Source: an uncultured Bacteroidales bacterium (GTDB lineage Bacteria; Bacteroidota; Bacteroidia; Bacteroidales; CAYFUP01). From it: a stretch of 64,000 nt of DNA. Made by a program: the position numbers and the translations under genes. Numbering within the stretch: position 1 is the stretch's first letter; each line of letters starts with the position of its first letter. The stretch covers positions 5,136 to 69,135 of the forward strand of contig CAYFUP010000001.1 of assembly GCA_964346235.1 (NCBI GenBank), written 5' to 3'. The notes under the pieces are model-generated. The model saw nothing but the letters and a program-made list of their open reading frames with translations. It was not told the DNA's origin and ran no database searches. Shown here one piece after another: positions 38,341-48,962 of the stretch.

Positions 38341-39318
38341 ATGAACATTCCTAAAGAGGTAAAGATAGGAGGAGTAGCAGTAATTGCTGTATCATTAATG
38401 ATTTGGGGATTCAATTACCTCAAAGGAAAAAATATTTTAAAGCAAACCAATATATACTATGGGGTGTACCATAACATTGAGGGCCTGGCTGAAACTGCCC
38501 CTGTATTGTTAAAAGGCTATAAAGTGGGACAGGTGGACGAAATCTATTTCAATACCCAATATGCTCCGGATCGGCTTATCGTGAAGTTTTCCGTTGAAGA
38601 CAGAATTATGATCCCGAAAGGATCTGTAGCCAATATTTTTAGTTCCGACTTGCTTGGAACCAAAGCGGTGAAACTGTTGTTGAGCGAAAGTGATGAATAC
38701 CTTGAGTCCGGAGATACCCTCGTGGCTGCTGTGGAAACAGATTTAAAAGAGCAGGTTAGCATCCAGATGCTGCCTTTAAAAAACAAAGCAGAAGATTTAA
38801 TGGTAGAAATGCAGGAAGCCCTTGAGGTAGTTCGGTATGTGTTTAATGAAAATACCCAAAAAAACCTGAGAAAAAGTTTTGAAAGTATTAAAAACACCAT
38901 TGCCAACCTCGAAAACACCACATCAAACTTAGATACATTGCTTAATGAGGAAAAAAAGCAGTTGGCAGGAATCTTTCGAAACGTAGAAGCCATCACAGCC
39001 AATATACGTGATAACAATGAAGCCCTGTCCATGGCCATCCAAAATATTTCCAATATATCGGACTCGCTTGCCAAAGCAAACCTGAATCAAACCATGAGAA
39101 ATGCAGAGAAGGTATTTTTACAGACCGGTGAAATCATGGAAAAAATCAATCAGGGAGAGGGGTCAATTGGCATGTTGGTGAACAATGATACCTTATATTA
39201 TAATTTACAATCCACCAGCAAGGAATTGGATAAACTCATTCTGGATATTCGGAATAATCCCGGAAAATATTTAAATTTCTCAGTCTTCGGAGGCAAAGAC
39301 AAATCCAAAGAAAAGTAA
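38341..39318 (+). CDS. mlaD: MlaD/MCE-domain protein
   Basis: N-terminal TM segment, then an MCE domain (GL...APVLLKGYKVGQVDEIYF), then a long helical C-terminus. Confidence 0.8.
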   Translation: MNIPKEVKIGGVAVIAVSLMIWGFNYLKGKNILKQTNIYYGVYHNIEGLAETAPVLLKGYKVGQVDEIYFNTQYAPDRLIVKFSVEDRIMIPKGSVANIFSSDLLGTKAVKLLLSESDEYLESGDTLVAAVETDLKEQVSIQMLPLKNKAEDLMVEMQEALEVVRYVFNENTQKNLRKSFESIKNTIANLENTTSNLDTLLNEEKKQLAGIFRNVEAITANIRDNNEALSMAIQNISNISDSLAKANLNQTMRNAEKVFLQTGEIMEKINQGEGSIGMLVNNDTLYYNLQSTSKELDKLILDIRNNPGKYLNFSVFGGKDKSKEK

Positions 39319-39439
39319 ATCCTGACTCGAAAGAGTGCATTTTCATTAAGCGATTGAACATCATATCAATGATTAATTATTGACTATAAGAAAAATAACA
39401 AATTATTCTAAAGTGGTTTAAAGGACCTGAGTGTAAATC

Positions 39440-39478
39440 ATCACAAACAAAAAGAACCCCGCGGGCAAAGCGAGGTTC
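39440..39478 (-). terminator. Rho-independent terminator of the V-ATPase operon
   Basis: On the minus strand: gaacctcgc-tttgcc-cgcggggttc followed by tttttgtttg. Confidence 0.7.
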
Positions 39479-39510
39479 ATTTATACAATCAATTCCCAAC
39501 AATGTCCGAA

Positions 39511-39621
39511 ATCATCAGATAATCATTTATGATTCAAAGATTCCCTGAATTCTTCAGATATTTTTTATCGGTCAGGAATTCCCTGAATTCTTCAGATAAT
39601 TGCTTATCGGTCAGGAATACC
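39511..39621. repeat. ~38-bp direct repeat, about 2.7 units, in the 3' region of the V-ATPase operon
   Basis: gattccctgaattcttcagatattttttatcggtcag / gaattccctgaattcttcagataattgcttatcggtcag / gaatacc, plus a degenerate unit upstream. Each unit holds ctgaa-ttc-ttcag. Confidence 0.75.
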
Positions 39622-39628
39622 TTTCGAA

Positions 39629-40093
<465 letters not shown>

Positions 40094-40102
40094 CTATTAA
40101 TA

Positions 40103-42118
40103 TTAAAAATTATTCTTATCCATTAAAGGTTTATACTTCTTTCCACCACCGGTAAAACCGGCATTATTGCTGTAAAATTCCACAAATGTCAAACGCAGGG
40201 GGTGAACAAACGCCCCCAATCCTGACATAAAAATGTTTATGCTGTGGCCGAACAACAAGATGATAATAAAAATCAAGTGGCTTACCACAGGAATATTTCC
40301 ACTCATATTGACAGCCAGATCGTTGAACACAAAACCCAGGATGGCACTTGAGATGCCAAGGGCAAACAATCGGATATAGGAAAGTATATCCCCGAGCACC
40401 CCGGTCACCATATTATACGTATCCCAAATGCCTGTGCCGACGTTGATTAAAGGATTTTTTCTGATATCATTCAGGATAAATATCGCTACCCCACTGATGC
40501 CCAATATTACGTATAATAATGACTGAAAAGACTGCTGGTCAATCGCCGCATTTTGCCTTAACAAGTAAAGCAGTCCACCCCCGATGGCCAGCAATATCCA
40601 ACCTATGGTGGACACCGCTGCATGAAATCCTTCCTGTTTAATTTGATTGGCTGCTTTAATAAACCAGCCCAATAATATCTGGATTACCCCAAAAACAAGG
40701 GAGAGGTTGAACATCTGATTGGGATCCAATAACATATGTCTGAACTTATTTATCCATTGGTAATCAGCCTCTGTAAACTTAACAATTGATTCGGAATATT
40801 TCTCAAAATTTTCTTCAGAAAGCAAATCTTCCAGCTTTCCTTCAAAATTGGACTTTGTTTCGAAATGGGTACCTTTTATGGATTCAATTTTTGTAAGAAC
40901 ATGTTCAGGCACATTTTCCTGTTGAACATATTCCATCGTCTGGTTGGTCACCTTATAGCCGGTATCGATCAGATTTATACCAAAAAAGGTTCCGGTTATT
41001 GCCCCAAACAATACAGTGGCCAGACCCAAAAATGAAATCAGGTAAGCAATTCTTTTTGATTTCAGGTCCTTGATTCGCGATGCAAAATAAAGCGCTGCCC
41101 CTATCATTAGTAATCCGTATCCTGCATCTCCCAGACAAAATCCGAAAAACAACATAAAAAAAGGAGCAAAAAACGGCGTTAAATCTATTTCTCCATACTT
41201 AGGCAAGGAATATAGCTCCCCTACGGGTTCAAACAACCTGGCAAATCGGTTATTTTTCAAAAGGACCGGTGGTTTATCTCCCTTTTCCGGTTCTCCTTTC
41301 ACGGCCAAAGCATTGGTTTCTGCCAAATAGGAGGTAAGACTGGATTCTTTTGATTCCGGGATCCATCCTTCCAGCAGCATCACTTTATCCTCAGCCTTTT
41401 TCTCAGTGTTTTCAACCGCCAGCTGAAAATCCGTTTTGCTTTCGATTTTATTGATGGTATGCTGCAATACATCCAAATATTTCGAAGCGTATTCATCAAG
41501 CTCCTTTTCAAGTTCTTCTTTATGATTCTCAATGGAAGTTTTCTCCAGTTGATATTCCGAGACCGGCTTTTCTGGTTTTTTAACCTCATCAGCATTTTCC
41601 AATTCAAACCCATCATCGGCTTTTTGGAAGGCAACAAAATAAAGGGATTCCCCAATTTTATTGACTTCCTCAATATAATGCTTTTCCTTCCATGCAGGAT
41701 CAAAATTCTTTTCAGAACATATAAAAAACCTTATTTTGACTCCTTGTTTTTCAAGCTTCTCGATGGTTTCATTTGAAAATTCCCCCCAGGGTTCGGCCAA
41801 TAAGATTTGTTTCTTTACATTCCCCAACTGTTGCTGCAGCCCCTCTATCTCATTTCTTTTCTCAGTAACTTCTTCAAGTATTTTCAAACCATCAGCTTTG
41901 TCTGTAGCAACCGGATTAAAATCAACGTCACGCTTTTTAAGAAATTTGATGGTTTCCTTAATGCGTTGAATGGTTTGAAATGATTGCCTGAGCTCCTCAC
42001 TAATTTCTTCCTTCTTTTCGACAATATGTAATACGCCTGCATCCTGTAAACCTTTCAGAAAAGACATATGGTCCTCATGATAGGTCAAAAAAGCGTATTT
42101 CTTCATTGGTACAATCAT
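40103..42118 (-). CDS. ntpI: V-type ATPase subunit I (a-subunit)
   Basis: 671 aa with a soluble coiled N-terminal half and a multi-TM C-terminal half ending ...LRLTFVEF. Operon position supports the call. Confidence 0.88.
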   Translation of the reverse strand: MIVPMKKYAFLTYHEDHMSFLKGLQDAGVLHIVEKKEEISEELRQSFQTIQRIKETIKFLKKRDVDFNPVATDKADGLKILEEVTEKRNEIEGLQQQLGNVKKQILLAEPWGEFSNETIEKLEKQGVKIRFFICSEKNFDPAWKEKHYIEEVNKIGESLYFVAFQKADDGFELENADEVKKPEKPVSEYQLEKTSIENHKEELEKELDEYASKYLDVLQHTINKIESKTDFQLAVENTEKKAEDKVMLLEGWIPESKESSLTSYLAETNALAVKGEPEKGDKPPVLLKNNRFARLFEPVGELYSLPKYGEIDLTPFFAPFFMLFFGFCLGDAGYGLLMIGAALYFASRIKDLKSKRIAYLISFLGLATVLFGAITGTFFGINLIDTGYKVTNQTMEYVQQENVPEHVLTKIESIKGTHFETKSNFEGKLEDLLSEENFEKYSESIVKFTEADYQWINKFRHMLLDPNQMFNLSLVFGVIQILLGWFIKAANQIKQEGFHAAVSTIGWILLAIGGGLLYLLRQNAAIDQQSFQSLLYVILGISGVAIFILNDIRKNPLINVGTGIWDTYNMVTGVLGDILSYIRLFALGISSAILGFVFNDLAVNMSGNIPVVSHLIFIIILLFGHSINIFMSGLGAFVHPLRLTFVEFYSNNAGFTGGGKKYKPLMDKNNF

Positions 42119-42119
42119 C

Positions 42120-42719
42120 TTAGGCTGCCTCCGCTTTTTGTTGCTTTGATTTAACGATTTTTTGTGCCGATTTGGAAAGGTTTTCTTCGTCTTCCAAAAA
42201 GCGTTTTATTTTTCTGATGGCATTTTCATAATCCGGTATCTGAACTTTTTCATAAAGATTCACTTTCTGGGTGGTCTTCTTTCTGGCATAATTCAGTATT
42301 TCCATTTTTTTGGTAAAAATATCCCGTTCAATGGCTATTTTCAAAAGTTCCTTTAATATCTCTATGCCATCCGGAAACCATGAAGGGTTATTGAACTGGC
42401 TGAATGGTTTTACCTCAAAATAGACGTCCTCATAGACAGGGGTATTGACACCGGCAATCTTTTTCTTGGAATATTTCACTTCTTTTACCTGCACCAACGA
42501 TCTATCGAACTCTGCCCATAAATTTGTAATGTTATCATACTCCGCCATCTTTTCATTCAACTGTCTGTCAAGCATGTTAGCCCGGTCCTTTGCCTTCTTT
42601 ACTTCCACCCGCAAAGCAGCTTCCTTACTCTTCAGAATAGGAAGTGCTTTTTGCCGCATGGCAAGCTGTTTATTGATTTGTTGAAGCGCTGTTTTATTAA
42701 ATTGAACTTTAATGGCCAT
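42120..42719 (-). CDS. ntpD: V-type ATPase subunit D
   Basis: 199 aa, a long helical protein (TALQQINKQLAMRQKALPILKSKEAALR). Operon position supports the call. Confidence 0.88.
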   Translation of the reverse strand: MAIKVQFNKTALQQINKQLAMRQKALPILKSKEAALRVEVKKAKDRANMLDRQLNEKMAEYDNITNLWAEFDRSLVQVKEVKYSKKKIAGVNTPVYEDVYFEVKPFSQFNNPSWFPDGIEILKELLKIAIERDIFTKKMEILNYARKKTTQKVNLYEKVQIPDYENAIRKIKRFLEDEENLSKSAQKIVKSKQQKAEAA

Positions 42720-42780
42720 ATTAAACTGCTGTTGTTATTGGTTTTTTAATGCTATCCGTTGAATTTATTAATTGGAGATC

Positions 42781-44103
42781 CTAATTCTTCGGCCAGTACT
42801 TGTCCACCATCTCCTGCTTGATACCCACTTCTGCCACATCAAAATGCTTATTAAACAGTTGCCATCCGATATCAAGCATTTTTTCCGCGTCAATATTCAC
42901 ATCAATGGCCAAAAGTTGCTCGGAATACTCCTGGGCAAAATCCAGGGTACGTTTGTCATATTCGGTAAGGTCAAACCCATTCTCCAGCTTTGTCCGGGCA
43001 TTGGCAGCATCTGCATACAGCCTCACTGCTGCATTCATCACCTGCGGATGATCTTCCCTGGTCTGCTTACCAATCACCAACTGCTTCAAACGCGACAAAC
43101 TCCTGAATGGATCCACAATGACTTTGCCAATATCCGTATCCTGGCGCAGGAACAACTGACCTTCAGTAATATACCCAGTATTATCGGGAATGGCATGGGT
43201 AATGTCCCCACCGGATAAGGTTGTCACAGCCACAATGGTAATGGACCCCCCATCAGGAAACTGCGCAGCTTTTTCATAAATCTTCGCCAAATCGCTATAA
43301 AGGGAGCCTGGCATACTGTCTTTTGAAGGAATCTGGTCCATACGGTTTGAAACAATGCTCAATGCATCCGCATAGAGCGTCATATCTGTCAGAAGTACAA
43401 GCACCTTTTCCTGCTTACCGGCAGCAAAATATTCTGCTGCAGTCAGCGCCATATCTGGCACCAGCAAACGTTCCACAGAAGAATCTTCGGTGGTATTCAC
43501 AAAACTGATGATACGATCAAGGGCACCGGCACTGTCGAAAAGATTCTTATAATAAAGGTAATCGTCGTTGGTCAATCCCATTCCTCCGAGGATGATTTTA
43601 TCCGCTTTGGCCCTGAGTGCCACCATGGCCATCACCTGGTTAAAAGGCTGATCAGGATCAGCAAAGAAAGGTATTTTTTGTCCCGTCACCAGGGAGTTGT
43701 TCAGGTCTATGCCCGCAATTCCGGTTGGGATGAACTGGGAAGGCTGTTCACGGCGTACCGGGTTCACTGTTGGACCGCCAATTTCAGTTTCATCTCCCTC
43801 AATTTCCGTACCCCCATCGATTGGGTCACCATAGGCATTAAAGAACCTTCCTGCCAGTTCATCGCTCACCTTTAAGGAAGGAGCTTTCCCGAGAAAAACC
43901 ACTTCGGCATTGGTGGGAATGCCCTCTGTCCCTGAAAATACCTGCAATGTAACATTATCCCCGATGATTTTTACCACCTGGGAAAGCCTGCCATGCACAA
44001 TAGCAAGCTCATCATAACCCACACCCGTTGCCTTAAGCGAACAAGTAGCCTTGGTAATCTGGGATATTTTCTTATATACCTTTTGAAATGCTTGTGTCTC
44101 CAT
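42781..44103 (-). CDS. ntpB: V-type ATPase subunit B
   Basis: 440 aa, a typical non-catalytic B subunit (GQKIPFFAD..., LTDMT.YA.ALS). Confidence 0.93.
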   Translation of the reverse strand: METQAFQKVYKKISQITKATCSLKATGVGYDELAIVHGRLSQVVKIIGDNVTLQVFSGTEGIPTNAEVVFLGKAPSLKVSDELAGRFFNAYGDPIDGGTEIEGDETEIGGPTVNPVRREQPSQFIPTGIAGIDLNNSLVTGQKIPFFADPDQPFNQVMAMVALRAKADKIILGGMGLTNDDYLYYKNLFDSAGALDRIISFVNTTEDSSVERLLVPDMALTAAEYFAAGKQEKVLVLLTDMTLYADALSIVSNRMDQIPSKDSMPGSLYSDLAKIYEKAAQFPDGGSITIVAVTTLSGGDITHAIPDNTGYITEGQLFLRQDTDIGKVIVDPFRSLSRLKQLVIGKQTREDHPQVMNAAVRLYADAANARTKLENGFDLTEYDKRTLDFAQEYSEQLLAIDVNIDAEKMLDIGWQLFNKHFDVAEVGIKQEMVDKYWPKN

Positions 44104-44107
44104 TATG

Positions 44108-45877
44108 TTATTGTTTCTTTCTTTCGTCTATAATTTTGTTTAATTCTTTCTCATAGCCATTAAAGTCATCCAACTGAAAATCAGAATAGTTCATCTGTTT
44201 TAACTGGTTTATCACCCTTTTGAAATATTTGTTGACTTCTTCAAAGTTTTCAAAATCGAACTCAGTACGATAAATGTCCAGCACCAATTTCATCATATAT
44301 TTTTGACGCTCCAGGGGAGAAGAATAATCAATGTCGTCAAAGGCATCCTGCTGCAGAATAACGAAATCAATGACTTCTGACTTCCAGAAAGTGATATGAT
44401 AATCCACAGGTACCCCATCATCCCCAAGAATGTTAATTTGCTCAGAAGCCTCCTTTCCTCTTCTGAGAATATTCTTCACCAGGTTAATCTGATCAATCCA
44501 GTCCGGGGACACCTTTTCATCAATATATTCTTTAAACTCATCATATTCAATATATTTCGAATAGCTATCAATGGGATTGATGGCAGGATAACGTTTACTG
44601 TCGGCCCGGGCCTGTTCAAGCGCATAGAAGCAACGGGCTGCTTTTTTGGTGGACTCCGTTACGGGTTCTTTCAGGTTACCACCGGCAGGTGATACGGTAC
44701 CGATAAAGGTAACCGAACCGGTTTCCCCGTTGTTCAGATAAACATAACCGGCGCGTGAATAGAAGTTCGATATGATGGCAGGCAGGTCCATCGGAAAAGC
44801 ATCCTGTCCGGGCAATTCCTCCATTCTGTTTGACATTTCCCTAAGCGCCTGCGCCCAACGCGATGTAGAATCCGCCAACATCAGCACCCTCAGGCCCATG
44901 GCGCGGTAATACTCCGAAATGGTCATGGCCGTGTAAACCGAGGCTTCACGGGCTGCCACCGGCATGTTAGAGGTGTTGGCAATGATGGTGGTTCGTTCAA
45001 TCAGTTTTCTTCCCGTACGCGGGTCATCGAGTTCAGGAAACTCTTTAAAAATCTCTACGACCTCGTTTGCCCTTTCACCGCAAGCTGCAATCACAACAAT
45101 ATCGGCTTCCGCCTGTTTCGATAAAGCATGCTGCAATACGGTCTTGCCCGAACCGAAGGGTCCAGGGATAAATCCGGTGCCTCCTTCCACCATCGGATTC
45201 AGCGAATCAATCGTCCGTATGCCGGTTTCAAGAAGCTTGAAAGGACGGGGCTTGTCTTTATAAACTTTGATGGGTACTTTTACCGGCCATTTTTGTATCA
45301 TGGTCACCGGTATCTCTTTATTGTCTTTATCAATCAGTGTAGCAATGGTATCCTTAGCAGGGTAACTTCCTTCCGGCTTAATGTCCTTGATGAAATATTT
45401 TCCTGAAAAACTGAAAGGCACCATGATTTTGTGCGGCACCCAGTTTTCCTTCACTTCACCCAGCCATGAACCGGGGACAACCTCATCACCTTCTTTCACC
45501 ATGGGTGTAAAGTCCCATTTCTTCTCTTCATTAATGGCGGCTGTGTATTCTCCTCTTTTAAGGAAAACCCCCTCCATGGTGTCCAGGTCGTTTTGCAGTC
45601 CGTCATAATTTCGTTGCAATAATCCGGGACCAAGTGATACTTCAAGCATATGTCCCATGAATTCCACCTCATCATGCACCCTGAGTCTTCTGGTATTTTC
45701 AAAAACCTGAACATATACATAGGTTTCAAAAACTTTAATTACCTCAGCCATTAATCGCTCATCTCGCAATTTGATGTAGGCAATCTCGTTTTGTTGTACC
45801 GGTCCGTCTACCTCAACCGATACCAGGTTGGCGATTATCCCGGTTACTTTACCTTTTGTTTTATTGTTGTTATCCAT
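44108..45877 (-). CDS. ntpA: V-type ATPase catalytic subunit A
   Basis: 589 aa with Walker A GPFGSGKTV, the ADSTSRWA..LRE motif and the non-homologous insert typical of A subunits. Confidence 0.95.
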   Translation of the reverse strand: MDNNNKTKGKVTGIIANLVSVEVDGPVQQNEIAYIKLRDERLMAEVIKVFETYVYVQVFENTRRLRVHDEVEFMGHMLEVSLGPGLLQRNYDGLQNDLDTMEGVFLKRGEYTAAINEEKKWDFTPMVKEGDEVVPGSWLGEVKENWVPHKIMVPFSFSGKYFIKDIKPEGSYPAKDTIATLIDKDNKEIPVTMIQKWPVKVPIKVYKDKPRPFKLLETGIRTIDSLNPMVEGGTGFIPGPFGSGKTVLQHALSKQAEADIVVIAACGERANEVVEIFKEFPELDDPRTGRKLIERTTIIANTSNMPVAAREASVYTAMTISEYYRAMGLRVLMLADSTSRWAQALREMSNRMEELPGQDAFPMDLPAIISNFYSRAGYVYLNNGETGSVTFIGTVSPAGGNLKEPVTESTKKAARCFYALEQARADSKRYPAINPIDSYSKYIEYDEFKEYIDEKVSPDWIDQINLVKNILRRGKEASEQINILGDDGVPVDYHITFWKSEVIDFVILQQDAFDDIDYSSPLERQKYMMKLVLDIYRTEFDFENFEEVNKYFKRVINQLKQMNYSDFQLDDFNGYEKELNKIIDERKKQ

Positions 45878-46733
45878 TTATAATAAATTCTTTTGGAAAT
45901 TCGTAACTATTTTGCAGCTCATTGACAATGCTTTCAAATGCCTGTCTGCCTTTTTCAGCATCCAGGTTTATCCATCTTTCAATGATATGTAATTTAATGA
46001 TATAAGCCAAAACTTTCTCGATGGTGAAATAATGAAAAGTAATTAAACCATTCAGGTAATTCCATCTGACCAAATCAATTTGCTTTTCTCTCTCAAGCAG
46101 GTTTTGATTTTCATAAGCATTTAATACGGGTATCAGGTAATCCAAATCCTGAGTAAGTCCGAAATCCTTGGATTTTGACGTCTTAATGGTATGAGCGACA
46201 TCATCATTCCCGATAATCTTTTCCTCCAGGTTAAATTCATGTCTTTTGGCATTCTGGCCCGTAATGAAGTTCTTTAAATTCCTTTCAAAATCAAACCAAC
46301 GATAAACAAATGCATTTTCTACCTTCAGAAGAATAAACTGGTAAAAATATTCTGTCAGCTGATCTTCAAAAGAAAGATTCGGATTTAAAGGCATTTCATT
46401 GTTATAATGAACGATAAAACTGTGGATGTATTCCAGTGGTGTATTGGGAAATTCCTGGGAAGGCCCCTGCTCTTTAGTGTTTAATTCATATTCCAGGACT
46501 TCTTTCGAAAAAATGCCACGATCATCGAAAGGTTTATCATTCTTCTTTAATAGATTCATCAAGTTTTTATTATCATAAGGCAGGAAAAACAATTCGACCA
46601 ATCCATAGTCTTTGGGCGTAACTTCAGGTTTCAGGTTTTCCTGGAAGTCTTTTATGTTAAAAGGCAGTTTTGTTTGCTGAAAAACAAGTTCAGGCAAACT
46701 TGATACAAGATAATAATAACTTGTTCCCGGCAT
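45870..46733 (-). CDS. DUF2764-family protein (putative V-ATPase C/d-like subunit)
   Basis: 287 aa in the conserved second position of Bacteroidota V-ATPase operons. It overlaps the ntpA start by 8 nt. Confidence 0.7.
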   Translation of the reverse strand: MPGTSYYYLVSSLPELVFQQTKLPFNIKDFQENLKPEVTPKDYGLVELFFLPYDNKNLMNLLKKNDKPFDDRGIFSKEVLEYELNTKEQGPSQEFPNTPLEYIHSFIVHYNNEMPLNPNLSFEDQLTEYFYQFILLKVENAFVYRWFDFERNLKNFITGQNAKRHEFNLEEKIIGNDDVAHTIKTSKSKDFGLTQDLDYLIPVLNAYENQNLLEREKQIDLVRWNYLNGLITFHYFTIEKVLAYIIKLHIIERWINLDAEKGRQAFESIVNELQNSYEFPKEFIING

Positions 46734-46744
46734 ATCATTGGTTT

Positions 46745-47362
46745 TTATTCTTCGTCAAAAAGTAATTCAGCGGTTTTGGGTCTGAGGTAGGATTTAAAAA
46801 GATTTTGAAAATCTTCATCTGCGAAGCTTATGACATAAGAACCTTCTTTTGGACCAATTTTAAATCCGCCTTTCATGCTGGAATCAAATTCTACGGACAA
46901 TTTCCCATTGAGCAGCTCATTGGCTTTTCCTTTAAAATATTCCCCCAATGCTTTTTCTTCTTTCTCCGGGAGCAGGATAGAGAGTGAAATGGGATCATTG
47001 CTTTGAGAATCCCAATTCTTAATGGCCGTTTCGATGATGTTTTTCACAAAATCATTATCATTAAAAGCCTCATCCACAGATGATTCAACAAATTTCGCGG
47101 TAATCAGTTCTGTGATTTCCTGCTTTAGTGCCCGAATAGACTGATGTGAAGCCTGCTTTACCTCCGATTCAATTCTGCCCCGGTATTCTTTGGCTTTGCT
47201 TTCCGCCTCTTTTTGAATTTGAGAAGCCTTCTCCTCGGCTTCTTTTACCATCTTATCCGCTTTCTCTTTGGCATCGTTGATTATTTGTTCAGCTTCCTCA
47301 TTGGCTTTTGACACACCCTCATTGTAAAGCTTTTCAGTTAGTTCTTGTAGTTTTTGTTGCAT
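46745..47362 (-). CDS. ntpE: V-type ATPase subunit E
   Basis: The ORF runs to 47401; the ATG at 47362 gives MQQKLQELTEKLYNEGVSKANEEAEQIINDAKEKA, a typical E-subunit helical N-terminus. Confidence 0.85.
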   Translation of the reverse strand: MQQKLQELTEKLYNEGVSKANEEAEQIINDAKEKADKMVKEAEEKASQIQKEAESKAKEYRGRIESEVKQASHQSIRALKQEITELITAKFVESSVDEAFNDNDFVKNIIETAIKNWDSQSNDPISLSILLPEKEEKALGEYFKGKANELLNGKLSVEFDSSMKGGFKIGPKEGSYVISFADEDFQNLFKSYLRPKTAELLFDEE

Positions 47363-47550
47363 GATGATGAAAATATTGTTTTCAAAAAATAAGCGCTGCA
47401 AATCTAAAAACTATTTTTATATTTCTTTAATTTTTTCTATTTAAAATAACTAAGGATGTAACATAAAATATATTATTGAATATTAGCATAGTAAATAAAT
47501 CATATGTTTAATAAAATATAATTTCCTTAATAAAAAATTAATCCATTTTA

Positions 47551-47754
47551 ATGAAAAATTATATTATCTTCAACCCCTTCATGAAATCAAACAAGGAAGA
47601 TGTTAAGAACCTGGCCAACATTATTGCCGGGAATGCACCGGGACGAACCATCTATGGGGCAACAGAACCTTTCAGCATTCAGGAAGTGATCATAAATAAT
47701 TCATTTCCTTTGGAATTAGAAATACCTGAAAAAACTTATATTACTAAAAAATGA
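47551..47754 (+). CDS. Small hypothetical protein (67 aa), weak call
   Basis: The only support is that the ORF sits in an otherwise empty 480-bp gap. I recognise no motif. Confidence 0.25.
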   Translation: MKNYIIFNPFMKSNKEDVKNLANIIAGNAPGRTIYGATEPFSIQEVIINNSFPLELEIPEKTYITKK

Positions 47755-47884
47755 AAATAAGAAGTCCATTTACCCGGTTTAATCGAATATCCCCTTTTAT
47801 CCAAAATATTGCTTCCCGGAAAATAATCATGTTATTAATAAGATCACAACTATATCGCATTATTCATTAAAATAAAAACATCCC

Positions 47885-48325
47885 ATGCAAATTTACCTGG
47901 CAGGCCCATTATTTTCCATTGCAGAAAAAGAATTTAACCTTACGCTGGCAGAAAAGCTGAAATCATTGATGGATGAAATTGAAATCATCATTCCCCAGCT
48001 TTACAGTCAACATATTCTTTCTGATCCGGATTTCACCGATAAAGTTTTTAATTATTGCACAAAAAGTATCACGGATTGTGATTTGGTTGTAGCCATTCTG
48101 GAGGGTTCTGATGCCGATTCAGGAACCTGTATTGAGCTGGGAATGGCCTATGCGCAGCAAATCCCTGTCATTGGGGTTCGCACAGATTTCAGAAGTTCGG
48201 AAGACAGGGGGTTGAACCTTATGGTATCCAATGTTTGCCGTGCATTGATATGGAATTCATCTTTTAACCTGGATGAACTGGCCAAAGAGATTAAAAATAA
48301 AATAGACGATTTGGGCTTATCCTAA
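47885..48325 (+). CDS. Nucleoside 2-deoxyribosyltransferase-like protein
   Basis: 146 aa with MQIYLAGPLFS N-terminus and D.DSGTCIELGMAYA...PVIG, the signatures of the NDT/Rcl fold. Confidence 0.7.
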   Translation: MQIYLAGPLFSIAEKEFNLTLAEKLKSLMDEIEIIIPQLYSQHILSDPDFTDKVFNYCTKSITDCDLVVAILEGSDADSGTCIELGMAYAQQIPVIGVRTDFRSSEDRGLNLMVSNVCRALIWNSSFNLDELAKEIKNKIDDLGLS

Positions 48326-48385
48326 CGCATCAGCTCTTAACCCTGGAAATGGCAAAGAATGGCTTTACATTATGAAAACCTGATT

Positions 48386-48796
48386 CTAACTGTATATCGT
48401 TAAAACCAGTCTCCGGCTTCCGGCATGATTCCTGAATTCACAAAGATAAATGCCCTGCCAGGTACCCAGGTTAAGGCTGCCATTGGTGATGGGTATGGTT
48501 ATTTCCTGGCCCAAAATGGAAGATTTCAGGTGGGCAGGCATGTCATCGCTTCCCTCCAGCGTATGTGTGTAATAGGGTTCATTTTCCGGAGCCAGGTGAT
48601 TAAAATACGACTCAAAATCCCTTCTTACAGAAGGATCTGCATTTTCATTCATGGTTAAACCGGCAGAAGTATGCTGGATCAGGATGTTCAACAAGCCTTT
48701 ATCAGGCAAAGCAGGCAATTTGCCTGTTATTTTATTCGTTATTAAATGAAAACCCCGTGGAAAAGCGGGCAATGTTATTTCAAGCTGTTCAATCAT
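48386..48796 (-). CDS. yjbQ: YjbQ/UPF0047 family protein (secondary thiamine-phosphate synthase)
   Basis: 136 aa with HTSAGLT.NEN.DP.V..D, D.MPAH.KS...G and G.L.LGTWQGIY..E.R. Confidence 0.85.
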   Translation of the reverse strand: MIEQLEITLPAFPRGFHLITNKITGKLPALPDKGLLNILIQHTSAGLTMNENADPSVRRDFESYFNHLAPENEPYYTHTLEGSDDMPAHLKSSILGQEITIPITNGSLNLGTWQGIYLCEFRNHAGSRRLVLTIYS

Positions 48797-48962
48797 TATA
48801 CATTCTTTTTGTGGTAAACTTATAAAAAAAATGATTGTTTAAAGATTATCATATCAACCAATTATTAAATCCTTGTAAATTTGTCATGTTAAAGAAAAGA
48901 ATTATAATGAATTTTTGGGGTTCAACGGGTTGAAGGATAGGGTTTAATCTGATAAAACATTG

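Noticed and set aside
38544-39074. 176-aa minus-strand ORF inside mlaD
   Set aside because: It is antisense to a well-supported MCE-domain gene. Its Ser/Phe-rich composition is implausible, as is typical of the reverse frame of helical Glu/Lys/Asn-rich coding sequence.
48797-48959. Possible TPP riboswitch upstream of the yjbQ (thiamine-related) gene
   Set aside because: Neither strand shows the conserved CUGAGA / ACCUGAUCUGGAUAAUGCCAGCG-type elements. There are only short AT-rich hairpins.
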